A stretch of 64,000 nt of DNA from assembly GCA_964106645.2 (NCBI GenBank), contig OZ067051.1; one strand, given 5' to 3'. The stretch is from Podarcis pityusensis (Eukaryota). The notes beneath the pieces are model-generated. The model ran no database searches. It was given only the letters and a program-made list of their open reading frames with translations, and was not told the origin of the DNA. Below are positions 24,917 through 38,120 of the stretch, piece after piece (within the stretch, counting starts at the first letter, position 1; the number at the start of each line of letters is the position of its first letter). The position numbers and the translations under genes are program-made.

Positions 24917-26089
24917 TCGTTGAATTGTTACTCTGGTTCTGCTCCTCTGGCTTTGTTGAAGTTGGCCAAGCCAAGAGGGTGCACTTGGTTTTTCTGTAGC
25001 CAGGTAGCTTTGCAAGGTTGTCAGGAGTAAAATGGGCTTCCCTCTCATAAGTGAGTAGGGCTGTTGAATGAATAAGAATTTTGTTTCCTGTATTGTCATT
25101 GTCAAAGTCTGTTTCAAAAGGCTCCTTTTTGCAAGACAAGATTGCTTTAACCTCCCTGTCTTTGTCAGCTATTTCAGTCAGCTGTATTCTGCCTACCTAA
25201 ACATTTTCTTGGTCTTTTCAGTTGGATACAGAGAAGACTCCAATTCCTGCCCTGAATTTGTCGGTAGCAGCTACATATGTGCCTCTTTGTATGCAAGAAT
25301 GAGGGAGATTCCTGTAGCTCTGTGTAATAAGCACATCAGTTTCCTCTTGAATGGTCTTCCTCCATAGGCTGCAGGTGGCTTATGTTTTAAAAGTTCTACA
25401 TACAGATTTCCCTCCCCCAGTGCAAGTTCTATCATTCTATCTGTGAAATGGAATCAAATAAAGAAATAAACCCCATCACCTGTTTTTAGACTCTTTGAAG
25501 TTGAACCCCTTTCTAAAAATGCCCTTCATGATCTTGTTTAATAGAGAGTTCAGAAATGTTTGATCCCTGCGTCTAGCTGCATGGGAATCTGCGGATCTGT
25601 GGATTGGAGCAAACAGATACCAAAGACCCTAACAGCCACTGCAAGTGTCAGCTTAAGTGCTTGACAAGCAGTGGCCCTCGTGGATGTGGGTCGCAGAATG
25701 CAGGGTGAGGTCCTTATGGATTTTAAACCACACATCTAATGGAGAGGCAAATATGAAACTTAAAGGGCTCATTATAATAAATAAACCCCAATCATCAATT
25801 TTTGTCTCCTCGAGTGCTGAGAGAGGAGGCGAGTCTGATTCTGATTTGGGTCATACTTCGTTTTATGTACACTTTTGATTGCTTTCATAGGATTAACTGT
25901 ATACATTGTTTGTCCAGGCATGTTCCTGTGCTTAACAGTTGGCAAATTCTGTGATTGATGGGATTGTATTTGCTTACCAACAGGTTAGCAAACTATTGTT
26001 TAGATGTTTCAGTAAACATACTGGTTAATGCAGAGATTGGGAACTGCAGGCGAAGCAAGTAATTTATTGTTTTAAAGTACCTTTTTAAA

Positions 26090-26446
26090 GGGACGCGAGT
26101 GGCGCTGTGGGTTAAACCACAGGGCCTAGGACTTGCTGATCAGAAGGTCGGCGGTTCGAATCCCCACGACGGGGTGAGCCCCCGTTGCTCGGTCCCAGCT
26201 CCTGCCAACCTAGCAGTTTGAAAGCACGTCAAAGTGCAAGTAGATAAATAGGTACCGCTCCGGTGGGAAGGTAAACGGCGTTTCCGTACACTGCTCCGGT
26301 TCGCCAGAAGCGGCTTAGTCATGCTGGCCACATGATCCAGAAGCTGTATGCTGGCTCCCTTGGCCAATAAAGCTAGATGAGCGCCGCAACCCCAGAGTCG
26401 GTCATGACTGGACCTAATGGTCAGGGGTCCCTTTACCTTTACTTTT
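26090..26446 (+). mobile_element. Sauria SINE
   Basis: GGGACGCGAGTGGCGCTGTGGG head, ACCTTT tail, TSD TACCTTTTTAAA. Confidence 0.9.
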
Positions 26447-27218
26447 TACCTTTTTAAAAAAATAGAAAGCAACTTTCTCTAATAGTTTCCTGTCTTGAAC
26501 GGTCTGTAAACAATGCACAGAGTAAGAGTTCCTCGATTAATAGTGGAAAACTGCAGTTCCACCCCAGGGCTCAGGGGTTCTCAGTAAACGCCTGCAAATA
26601 TTCTATGGTAGGATGTAAAAAGTTTATCTTGCAATCTTTAGGCAGGTAGCAGTGGAAGTGTGTAGCTTGTCAGGGTTGACCCCAAAAATTCTGCTTCCCA
26701 AGGGGAACTGTCCATGCTTGCCCCCCACCTGAGAGCAGCAGGCCTGCACCTACCAGCCTACTCTGCCTAATGGTAGGGCTGGTCTTGGGGCTTGTAGCAG
26801 AATAATATGAGACTGACAGTGCCTTCATGTGGGATCCTGCAGTGGTTTAACAGTTTGAGGCTCTCCTTGTTGTTCCCTGTCGTTCTTCCCTTTGCTCCTT
26901 TGGGCACCTTTGTTGTGCCGCTGCCAGTGTACCTCATCCTGCTTTCCTGGGCTAAAACAGGGAGGCAGAGGGGTTTACTGTTTTGCCATCACTTGATCAA
27001 GGAGCTTGGGTATCTTGGCCAAGCGTCAGCCGAGAATGCCCCCCCTGGGGCAGTGGTGTGCTGCTGGTTTTACATGGCATGCTTTCCGGGTATTCTGAGA
27101 ATACAGCAGCCTCCCCGCACTTTTCCTCAGAGTTGGAAAGGGAAAGGGACTTCCACAGAGTTGTCAGGGCTGTTGCTTCCCACCTCTGCAACTCTTGTGT
27201 TCTTATGTATTTTAATTA

Positions 27219-27472
27219 CAGTGGTACCTCAGGTTACATACGCTTCATGTTACAGACGCTTCAGGTTACAGACTCCGCTAACCCAGAAATAGTGCTTCAG
27301 ATTAAGAACTTTGCTTCAGGATGAGAACAGAAATTGTGCTCCGGTGGTGCAGCAGCAGCAGCAGCAGCAGCAGGAGGCCCCATTAGCTAAAGTGGTGCTT
27401 CAGGTTAAGAACAGTTTCACGTTAAGAACAGACCTCCGGAACGAATTAAGTACTTAACCCGAGGTACCAGTG
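27219..27472. mobile_element. Tc1/mariner (Tigger-like) MITE with an internal (GCA)n expansion
   Basis: TA-flanked CAGTGGTACCTC TIR; homologous to 853-1083. Confidence 0.85.
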
Positions 27473-29644
27473 TACTGTTTTTAACTGGATTTTTTTTTAT
27501 TGCTTCTGTTTTGTAACATTGTTTTTAAATGTTGCAAGCGGCCTTGAATCCCAAAGTGGGAGAAAATGCGGGATATAAATAATAATGCAGTAACATCAAA
27601 GATGAGAAGAAGGCTCAGCTTGTGACAGCAGCTCCCTTGCCTGAGTGAATGTGGTAGACAGAGGTGTAGGTGCTTGAGATCCTGACAGTCTGTTTGAGGA
27701 GGCACAAGCGTTTGGGACTTTATGCCAGATTAGCTTGGAAATGGGCAGGATTTGAGGGTCGTCATGGGGAGGGTCAGGACTTAGTCAGGATCCTAAGCTG
27801 CCTCAGACCCTGTCTCTGCCCTGCCAGTGAGTGAATATGAGGCTGGCAAAAGAGGTGGCATAAGCTGAAGTATTTCCTCTGTGGAGAGACAGAAAATGCT
27901 GACTCCTGACCACCCACACCTAATTGCTGCTCCGCCGAGCAGTTTGCAGGGGGGCAACTGCTGCTCTGACTTAGATGGGGCTGGTTTAATTAAGTTGTGC
28001 CTGTAGATCTTTCCCTCCTTCTTGGGTTGGATATGTTGAGAGTTAAAATGCTTTTTATGCTTTCACACAGTACACAGTATTTATGGTTTTTAAGGCAGTG
28101 CAAAAACAAAGAGGAATTGGTGCTATTTTAATAGAGACGGCAAATGTACAACTTCAGGTATGTGCAATAAACATGCAACTACTTGTGGTAGTGGTGGATT
28201 CCAGATTCATGTTTGCTTAGACTCCCTAAAAACTTGATATTGATATCTAGGGTCTTTCACTATTTCCTGCTTTCCATGCAATTTATACAAAATCTCTTGG
28301 ATTGCTTTAGTTAACGCTAGTGGTTATTCTTTCTGCTTAGAGCTAAATAAAAAACACAAACCCATAACCACCTGAGATACATTGTGTGGAGCAAGAGTTA
28401 TGTGCAGAATGCAAGCTAACTTCATCCGGTGACCTTGCTGACAAAGCAGAAACGGGGGGGGGGGGTGTGTGTGTACAAGGGTCTGAAGGGGACTTGATCA
28501 TGTTACATGTTTAGGAATGGGGCCTAGTCCTGCTCTCCTTTGCTCATTCCCACTTTTTGGCATACACTGCTTGGCGAGGCCTGTGCTTATTCCCGAGTTC
28601 CAATTAATTGCCAAGGAGCCAGTGTTATTTCCATCAACATTTGCATCTCTTGACTAGACAGCCTTTCCGGCTTGTTGGGGTAGACAGAGGCAGTTTTTCT
28701 GTTGGGTTCTTAAGGTTAAACTGCCTGTGTGAATGCACCCCGTTGTGATTTCCTTGTTCTCCTTTGAGTGTTACCAGATCTGTTCCTTGCAGCCGGCCTC
28801 TTCTGACTGCTCAGCATTTTTCTGCATGAGCAGTGCTACCTTCCCCCTCTTGTTTGTGGCTGTGTGGCAGCACAAGGCTTTTTTCTGCCCATCAGTCCTC
28901 TTTCCTCACTGAGAAATGTGGGATGGTGACAAGCACTTACTGTGTATTCAGGAGGGGAAGCTCCGTGGTGCCTTTTGCCGTCTCCTTCCAGCTTGAGCTG
29001 CTGCCTGCCCCTGTGGCTAAGCAGCGGGTTCCACAATTGGGCTGGGTGGTATTTTTCAGAGCTGCCTGAGGATTTTCCAGCAAAATAACAAGAAGGGGGA
29101 TATCTAGGTTGCCTGGTGGTTCTGAAAATCCCTCTGCACCCGCCGCCTTAAATCTCCTCAGCTGACCTACATTATGGCTTGCTATTCTACCTGCTTGAGT
29201 GAGCCCATGGCTATACTATTATGCCTGATTTCATGCTTACAAAAGCCATCTGTCTGTCCTTCAGCAGAGGTCTCTAGGGTGGGAGCCGTTTTCACCCGGG
29301 GTGTGGTGGTGCTTTACATGGGAGATGGCTTCTTTTTAATAATCTTTTATATTTATATCATAGTGGTTCCTCTTGTTTTGCAGTTGTAAGCCTCCTGGGG
29401 TGTTGAGCCAGACTAAAATTCAGGATGGATTCTTGCCAGGGAAGCCATAAACTCAATCAATACAGTGACAAAATCTTCAAATTCCATTTTGTCTGTGTAC
29501 TTAAGTAATGCCGGTCACTGTGTCCGTGCTCCAGGATGGGGGTGGTGCAGGGAGGAGTCTCCCTGTATCAATTCCTTGTGAGTGTGGCATTGGGGCATTG
29601 CAGCAGGGTTCAAAGCTGATTGCCCTGAGTTACTCCCATGGAAA

Positions 29645-29703
29645 GATAGCTCAGCTGGTTGGGGTGTGGTGCTGATAACACCAAGGTTGCGGGTTCGATC
29701 TCC
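29645..29703 (+). pseudogene. tRNA-Ile-derived fragment (SINE head or tRNA pseudogene)
   Basis: TAGCTCAGCTGGTT...GTGGTGCTGATAACACCAAGGTTGCGGGTTCGATC resembles vertebrate tRNA-Ile; no acceptor stem. Confidence 0.7.
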
Positions 29704-31469
29704 TCTCCTCATTGTCATCTGAGCACAAGAGTGTCTGGATTATCATTTCGCTGAATGCATACCATGCTGAATGTTGAGTGGTTGGCAAAACAGCATCCAC
29801 TACAGCCTTCTTTTGCAGCCTAACTTGTTGCAGCTGAAACAAGATTTGGTGTAGGCCTTCCACACAAGGCTGTTTTACTTTGAAGTTGAACCAGCAGGGG
29901 GTAGTACGTGCAAACAATGTATTCCACTATCAGTCTTAAGTTGTTGGGGGCTTTGCCTTTAGTGGCTTACTGGACCAGTTTCAAGAAGGACCAGATCCAT
30001 GGGAAGTTTTTCTGTCCTTATGGCCTGTGTGATCCAATACTTGAACGCTTGATCAGTAGACAGATCCATTATGACATTGTCAGTCAGTGAAGAGGCTCTC
30101 AAGTTGTGAGTTTGGTTAATGAAGAATCAATGTCAAGTTCTGTAGCAGTGTCTTAACATCTTGTCAATGTTACCTGTCCACTTGCTGTTAGACAAGGTCT
30201 TTTCATTGAGTGCTAGATCAACTGTCATGGGGTAACTCGTTGGTGTGGAGGGCACAAACCAACCCGATCAGCTTACAACCAAACTTGATCTCTACCCAAT
30301 GCATAGTACTACCCTCTGAGCCAGTTTTAAGATTTGTAGAATCACCTTCAGTGGCCTTAAGACTCTCATCAATGCTGCTCTTCTTAATGAAATCTACAAA
30401 ATTATTAGCAAAAACTCCAGCCTTTTTCCAGTGTGAAGTGGTAGAGGTACCTTCCACCTGGCTCACTGCACACATATTAATTCTGTTCTGAGATGATGCT
30501 TGGGAACCGCTGATCTGAATTGTCTGCTTTGAGCATAACTTTAGTTGTATCTTCCTGGCTGTCAAAGAAGATGCTGTCAATTTCATCATTCTGACAAAGG
30601 TAATCAGATTCTTGATCCAGGGATTTCATAACTTTTTCTTGGCCCTCTTGACTTTATTGTGATCAAGTCTCTTGTTTTCAGTGATCAAGCCAGCTTCCAG
30701 AAAGGTGGCAGTGGTGAGGGCAGCTGTGGCACAAAGGCCAACACCCTAGCCGATGTTCTACATAGCAACATTATGTATTTCTAATGTGTTGTACTCTGTC
30801 TTTTTATTTGACGTGTAAGTCATACTTTTTTTCTTAATGTCAATTCATAACTTCCACCATTTCCATCTTGGGCACCTTCATTTTCACTAGCAGAGAAAAT
30901 TATTTCATTTCATGGTATTCAAGCAACCTACCTACTTCACTGCTTATATTCAGCAAGTCTTCTTCTCTCATCTTCTTGCCGCTTCTGCTTTGTGACTTGT
31001 CTGTTATGCTCAGGCAGATCTGGCAAGACAGTCTGATGTGGCCCAATCAAACCAGTATTCTCTCTCTGACCTTTAATGAAAGCAAGTTCCTTCCCAGGGA
31101 TCTTCATCTCCATAGGGCATGTACAGTTAACATGAGCTTCTTTTTTGCAACCAGAATCTGTAGGGCAGTCAAATTCAGAGCAAAGAAAAATCTTACACTT
31201 GCAATTGAGGATATCAAAAAGCTTGTCAAGTTTTGACGTTTCGATTTTTATGCAATTTCACATATATATTTTTCACTCTTATAAGACAAGTCTAAAATTA
31301 TTGGAAGTTTATTAAAAAGGTCAATATTTTATGTACTGTAGTTGTTTACTATGCAAAACTAAATTATATTAATTTAACCAAAATAGCTTTTGAATTCCCA
31401 GGTGATGTTATAACTTTTTAGCACCCCTCATTTTGGGAATGTGAAAGTTGAAAAAATAAACATGCTCTA
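29704..31469 (-). mobile_element. Fossil DNA-transposon transposase, hAT-like (divergent subgroup), heavily disrupted and 3'-truncated
   Basis: Hand-translated collinear motifs: KLFDILNCKC..CTC..KIPGKELAFIKGQR; AGLITENKRLDHNKVKR; GDSTNLKTG..LVCALHTNELP; DLSTDQ; GPVSH; PCWFNFK; SAWYAFSE. Confidence 0.75.
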
Positions 31470-32039
31470 GTAGTCTAGTATCCCCTTCTCACAGTGGCAG
31501 ACCAGATGCCTCAATGGCAAACCCTCAAAGAGGATCTGACCACAAGAGACCTCTCCCCTCTTGTTTCCAGAAACTGGTACCTTGGTTGTCAAACTTAATC
31601 CGTCCCAGGAGTCCGTTTGACTCCTGGAACCATTCAAAAACCAAGACGTGGCTTCCGATTTGCTGCAGGAGCTTCCTGCACTCAGTCATCAGATGTGGAA
31701 GCTGCGTTGGACGTTTGGCTTCCGAAAAATGTTCGCAAACTGGAACACTCACTTTTGGGTTTGTGGCATTCGTACAAATATAAAGGCATTCAAGAACTAA
31801 GGTACAACTGTATTTGAAAACATAGTTGCCTCCAGCTGTGGGGGGAGAGGATAGCCATTGTGGTAGCTTTACCCTCCTCCATGAATTTGTCTCACCCTCT
31901 TTTAAAGTAATCCAATTTGGTCGCCATCACTGCCTTTTGTGGGAGTGACTTCCATAGTTTAACTATGTGTTGCATAAAGAAATTGTTTATTTGGTGGCGA
32001 AGGTTCCTCTTACTTGCTTTAGGGGAAGTATTTCCCCAT

Positions 32040-32290
32040 CTAGAACTGCCTAAACAGTCTTCTTGAGCAGACAAAGCACCTACCAATAGTGCCTCCATCT
32101 TGTCCAGATTGAATTTCAGTTTATTGGCCTTTGCCCAGCTTCTCACTGATGTCAGACACCAGTTCAGCATTTCCACTGCTTTACCTGACTTAGATGAAAA
32201 TGAGAAGTAGAGTTTGGTGTCATCTGTGTATTGATGAAACCCTTCTTTGCAATCCCTGGATGACCCCACAATTTCATGTAAACATGGAAG
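32040..32290 (-). mobile_element. L2/CR1-group LINE RT fragment
   Basis: HQYTDDTKLYFSF...WAKANKLKFNLDKMEALLV; adjacent CR1 3' fragment at ~31830-31990. Confidence 0.7.
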
Positions 32291-35200
32291 AAGATTGGGC
32301 TGGGATGTGTGTGTAGAAGCAAGACAGAGCCCTTCAGGACCTCTTAGTGCAAATGTCATAGAGCTCAAGAGCAGTCACCAGGCATCTGATTCTGATGTGG
32401 AGACCCACCCAGAAGAGTACAATGGTCAAAACCTTATGAGAGATCCAGAAGGACTAACAGGGTTACTCACCCTCTGTCCTCTTCCATCAGTGTGACAGGC
32501 ACTTTGAGAACCAAAAGCAGGCCTGAAACTGGATTTAAATGAGTCTAGATTGGGCCCTTAATCTCTGCAGGGATAGAGGAACAATTTGTGTGGTTGCCAA
32601 AATAGGCTGATCAAACTGCTTGGTTTCCATAGGGCTCCTGGGCTTTCCTTGGCAGGTGATCCTCTTGAAGTCCTAGTTGACCTCTGAAATGGGGGTGGGG
32701 GGGGATGGCCCAGACTGTTGACACAGTTGTCCCTGAGCATCCTTCCCTGCTTTTTACAGCCAAATAAGCTTAATTGTCCCAATAAAAGAAGGAAACAAGA
32801 GAGACAACTCCTGGAGCAATGTTGGAGGAAGACTTCCATCTACATGAGCCCAGGAGCAGCTCTCCCCTCCTGTGATTGCCAGCAGCTGGTTTTCAGAGGT
32901 ACATTACCTCTGACAGTGGAGGTAGAATGTAGCCATTGTGGCTAGTAGCCAATGAACTACAGCCTGGGTACTCTTTGTGCTTTGCTTTTCCTCTGCAAAG
33001 AGGTCACTCCTGGGATCAAGTCATGGCTGCTTCTTGAGGCCAGGCAGCTGCTTTTAGATCTGGTCTTCTTTGGGGATAAACTTAGGTTTTCAGCACAGTG
33101 GGTTAGGCAGCACAGCTCCAGGAACTTGGTATAAGTGTTGGGAAGCAAGCGTTGTGTTGGTATTAGCAAGCTTTGCTGTGAGAGTGTTGCTGCACGCTGG
33201 TATCTCCAAAAGCAAATGGAACAACTCAGAGATTGCCAAAGAATAGGAGGCCAACAGAAATCGATGCGTTTCAGCAACTGTGGCTGGATGTTGCTGTGCC
33301 AAACTGGCCTAAAAGCTTTTGCTAATGAGAGCTGTGATCTCTGAGGGGATCTCTGAGCTATAGCTGATGTCACCTATCCTGGCCACATGGTAGTTTGGCA
33401 GCCAAAGCATAGCCGTTAGTCTCCCAGTTGTGCACAGTTGATACTTGACTAAAATCTGGTCACTGGCTTGTTTCTGGGACTGGAATAGATAACAGCACAA
33501 AAAAAGTGGAACAACCCTTTTAAAAACACACAAATTGAATTGTCTGTTCTCAGCAAAGTTGCAAGCAAAGTCTAAATTTAGCCTTGAACAGCCATCCTCT
33601 GCTTTTTCGTAATTCACACCTGCAGATGACTTTTCATTACGTTGGTGGGCAAATTCTTTCCTCCTTTGGAGGCGACTGTCACACTTGGGAGGTGCCTGGT
33701 TTGTGGTTGAGTGGCAGGAGGCATTGGGAGATCAGTGATCCCAGTGGCCAAGTCCCTCTTGTTTCCCTGGCCTCCAACTACATTCTCTTTCCCCCTGTCA
33801 CCTGGTAATGTTCTTTCTTTCTCTCTTTAGATAGGCAGGCTTGAGCAGCCACCTCGCTATGGGCACCTGGGATGTCACCATTAGGTGCTGTGTGCTACAT
33901 CATGAGCAAAGCAGAGAAATTGCCTGCTGAATATCGGCTTCCTTTTTTTGATAGCAAGCTTCTAAGGCTCATGGTGACAGAAGAAAGCTTAGAAAGTACA
34001 ACTTAGTTGTATCTGACTTATTGCTTACAGGACAGATAAAGCTGACCTCTGAAAAAAAAGGTTATGTTTTGAGGCTGATGCTCCTTACTGCTGTGGAAAG
34101 GGTCAATCTTTGGTGACTCCAGATGGTTAGTATTTTTTTTTTGGGGGGGGGCAATGTTAGGAAATTTAGGTTTGTGCAACTGAAGTGGTTTTAAGCACAG
34201 CAAATTAACTTTTTTAAAAAAAAGATTACAATGGTGGACTTTTTGCAGGAAAATGCATTGTAAAGTGCAGGAGGAGTGAAGAAAGATGTATATGCATCCC
34301 ACAAGGAAAAGGGGGATAAATTCAGGATGAGTGCTCATTGTGGGCTAACTGCCCTGCAAACAAGGAGGAATGAATGCTCAGATTAGATATAATCTATTCT
34401 CCATGCAAATCTTCTGCAAGGAAACCAAGATGAATGTCCAATAAATAGGTTGTCTGGAGGTGTCCCTATTACTCTTCCTCTGTGCTCTGCTTTGGAAGGC
34501 TTCAAAACCTTTCCCCCCACTCCATTCCTTTGCCAACTTCCAGATCCTTCTTGCAATGTTATCCAGGAGGGGGCATTCCTATGACTTTGCTGGGCTATGT
34601 GCAAGGCATGCAGCCTTCAACAAACTGGGAAATGCACACCGCCCCTTCTCTTTAGCTGTTTTGGGAAGCCTTGGAGTGATGTTGAGAATAATGGCTACCA
34701 AGGGGCTCAGATCTGGTGAAAAATGTCCATTAAAGAGGATATTATCTGTCTTGGGGCTAAGCCCTCAACTGATTGGGGGGAGTGGGGCAGCAGGCAGCTT
34801 CTATTACAGATGTTCTGCTTGCATGACCAGATTGTAGTGTCTGATTTGCAGTGGCTGTGATGTAGGAAGATTAATTTTAATAATGTGATACAAAAGCATC
34901 GTCAACCTATGTGGGGGTTGTAGTTGTGAGTTGTGGGCAGGGAGGCTTGTTTTTTTTAAGGATTACAGGTCCCACCACCCATTGAGTTTAGTCCACTGGA
35001 AGGAATTATCTTGAGCTGGATGATCCAGGACTGTAATACTTTTCCTTTGTCTCCTGTCTTGTTTTCCAGCAGCTGATTGGGTGTGCCTCGGTGTTTGTAT
35101 TGCGTTCAGTCTTGTGAACAGGATCATATCGCTGCTTAAGTGTGAATTCCAGAGCAGCCAATGAAATGCCTTTGTGTTACTGTGTTGTGCTGGACTCTGC

Positions 35201-36454
35201 TCTCTGTGTGGTGGGTTAGAGGTCGGGTAACTCCGCATATTATCCCTATCTGGTAGCTGAGGGAGACTGAATTAGCATGAATATCCATTTACCTGAAGTG
35301 GCCTTCATTGGGCTGGTTTTGTGTTAAAAGAGCCTGAAAGGGCCACATTTCAGGAAACATACTTGAGTCCAGAAGCACTTCTAGGTTTGGAAATTGATTG
35401 CGTGGGTTGAAGTTGAAACAGGAACCCTGTTAGTCACCTGCATTTCCTGCAGTAAGCAGGTCAGCAAAACAGTGTGTGCCTGCATTTGGGGACCCCGACA
35501 CCATTTCCATAAGCAGCAACATGTGTGTCTGTGTCAGAGAGAGACCCCCCATCATACATATTTGTTACCTAAAACCCTGGACTACATGCATCAAACGTAC
35601 ATTTGCCACATAATTTGTGAAGCTGCCCATAGCTAACTTTCTACTTCACATACTCTTTAAAATGCTGTTTTCCAAAGGGTCAGTGGATAGTAGGAAGAAT
35701 GGATGTCTCTTGCAACTTGCTGGGCGGTTGCTGTTGTGTCACTACATAGGCAGCCTAGTCTGGAGCTTTGGATTTCAGTTGTGTTTATGAATGGCCAGGC
35801 CATTCTGTGGGGGCTGGCTCTTGTGTTTGCGGTACTTGTGTACGGAATCCCCACGTGAGAAATTCACTGCTGGCCAAATGTGAAAGGGGAGCATGTGCCT
35901 ACATGCATGGAGGCCAGGGCTGAATGAGAGGCTGCTGAGAAATGCAGAGAGAGAAGCAGCTTTGGGAGGAGAGGGAAGTGGCCGCTTTTCCAGACTTGGT
36001 GGGAATCAGGTTTGCCTAACAAAGAGTTGCTAATCTCTTAGGATCTGTGTTAACCATCTTAAGCCCATGTATTTTAGAAAGTACAGAAGGAGGATAGAGA
36101 ACGATGGATTACCTCAAACTTATGTGAGGTATTCCATCTCCTGATAGCATGGCTGGAAAGTAGATTAGCACATTGAGTTATGGTGTAGCTTTTAATCTTG
36201 GCAGCTGTCGATGTTTATCTCCAGGGGTCTCTAAACATAGGTGCCAGTGGTGACCAAGGAATTTGATTCTGGCAACTGGTAGCAAAAGCCTCCAGTAATA
36301 AGTCGCATGAATAACAAATCTCTCTTTTAAAAAATAAATAAATAAATAAGAAGCCACTGTTAATGCAGGAAAGCAGAGTTTGCTTTTTCTTAGGTGGCAC
36401 CAGGCTAAGATGTAGCATCTGCCCCTGTTGTGCTCCCCCCCCAAGCAAACCTCT

Positions 36455-36546
36455 GGTCTCCCATCCAAGTACTAACCAGGCCTGACCCTGCTTAGCTTCC
36501 GAGATCAGACGAGATAAGGCGTGTTCAGGGTAGTATGGCTGTAGAC
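36455..36546 (-). pseudogene. 5S rRNA retropseudogene, 3'-truncated (~nt 1-92)
   Basis: GTCTACAGCCATACTACCCTGAAC...GCTAAGCAGGGTCAGGCCTGGTTAGTACTTGGATGGGAGACC; 13-bp direct repeat GCAAACCTCTGGT on both sides. Confidence 0.93.
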
Positions 36547-37455
36547 ATGCAAACCTCTGGTAATAATGGGTAATGACAAGAATGTAGCCTTGCCTGTTGA
36601 CTGTTTCCTCTCTTCTTGTTCCACAGAGGCTATGTAGCTGACTACTAATCCAGCTAGGATTTATGGGTCCAGTTTCACTTGGGGCAAGCAAAGAGAACAA
36701 TGCATACAATTATTGGGGGGGGGGATACTTAAATTGCTTTTTGAATAAAGGGAGCTTTTTTCCTCCAGAAGAGCTGTCATAGTTATTTGTGTACACTGTA
36801 CAGGTATTCTGCTGCCTTGCAAAAAGGGAAAGAGCCTTTCCTCAGGTAATCCATTAATGAGAGCAAGACCAGTAGGTGTCAGGTCAACTGTCTGTTGGCT
36901 CTTCAGAAGCTCTTTCAAAGTGCTGCCTTTGCCAGACCCCTGTGGACCAAAAAAGCCACCTGATGCCAGCTAATTGACAAGCGCAAAGCCCCCACCTGTC
37001 TCATTTGACCCCCTTGCTAGATCCAGTCCCCCACCCCACACTGGGCTTCTCTTATCTGCTTTGATCAAAGGGATGCATGCATTTATCCTGCCCTGTAAGC
37101 AGCATCTGTGTTCCCTTGGAGAGGGTGGAACTCTGGCCCTTCCAGAGGAAACAAAACACTATTTGGGTTCTCAGTTTCTCTTGTCTTGGATGGAAGACAA
37201 CTGGGGATTTAATAGGGATGCCTCACCTCCCTCTGGAAGAACTTACTGACCCAGAGAGCAACATCTTTCCCTGCTAGCTGGTCTTAGAGAAGGACAAAAA
37301 TTCACCCAACTGCAGTTTTCCTTGAGCTGAAACACAACAGTGTCATCTGGTGGTGACATATATATTCATTTTTGCTCTGTTGCGGAGAGCTGTGAGGGTG
37401 GGTGTTTCCTAGGGGTTTGGTGCAGCTGCTGAGCTGCTCTGCTGCTTCTCCACAG

Positions 37456-37590
37456 AGCATCGTTTCCAAGAATGCCATGCAGTATCGAGGGAGCTCACAG
37501 CACGACGCTCAGGAGTTCCTCCTCTGGCTTCTGGACCGAGTTCACGAGGACCTCAACAACATAGTGAAGAACAATGGCAGACCTCTGAAG
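37456..37590 (+). CDS. USP31: USP31 exon 2 (SIVSKNAMQYRGSSQHDAQEFLLWLLDRVHEDLN...)
   Basis: QHDAQEF USP motif; cacAG/GTGAGG; 135 nt. Confidence 0.96.
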
Positions 37591-38031
37591 GTGAGGCACG
37601 TCTTCAGGGCATGCTGGCAGTGGCCCAGGGAGTCCTCAGCTGGCACTTTGCATGCCTGTGCATCTACTGCTCCAGAGGAGTCAGATGTCGAAGGAGTTAC
37701 GGGCCCAGAAATACCTGGATGAGTCCCATCTTGCCACTGAAGTCCCAGGGCTGTGCTAAGTGCATTCTGAGTGGAAAGTATTCTGCAGCTCTTTCCAGAT
37801 GTGCATAGGTTTCTTACTTGGGGGCAGAATTTCTGCAGGTGTGCATGCTCACAGAATTCTGGCTGTGGAGGTGTGTGAACACAAACCAGATAGTTGCCAC
37901 CCTGAGCATTTTGCAGAAGCAGATAGTTTGTTTCCTCCTGTGCTTAGCTCTGTCCTCTGCCCACCATAGCGTGTGATTCCCCCAGCACATGGCTGAACAC
38001 CTTCCTTACAAAATGCTTTTTTTTCTTCCAG

Positions 38032-38120
38032 CCGCCTTTGGAAGATGAAGTGCTGATTGAAGGACCTGCATTTCCAATCAATAGCACTTTTGTCCAGGAA
38101 CTCTTTCAGGCCCAGTACAG
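38032..38120 (+). CDS. USP31: USP31 exon 3 (PPLEDEVLIEGPAFPINSTFVQELFQAQYR)
   Basis: Pyrimidine tract and ccAG; AG|GTATGG; 89 nt; phase consistent. Confidence 0.94.

Noticed and set aside
29645-29712. Functional tRNA-Ile(GAT) gene
   Set aside because: No acceptor stem and a mutated D stem; the same head occurs in the SINE at ~9115-9228.
36455-36546. Functional 5S rRNA gene
   Set aside because: Lacks the last ~28 nt and the T-run terminator, is solitary, carries substitutions and is TSD-flanked.
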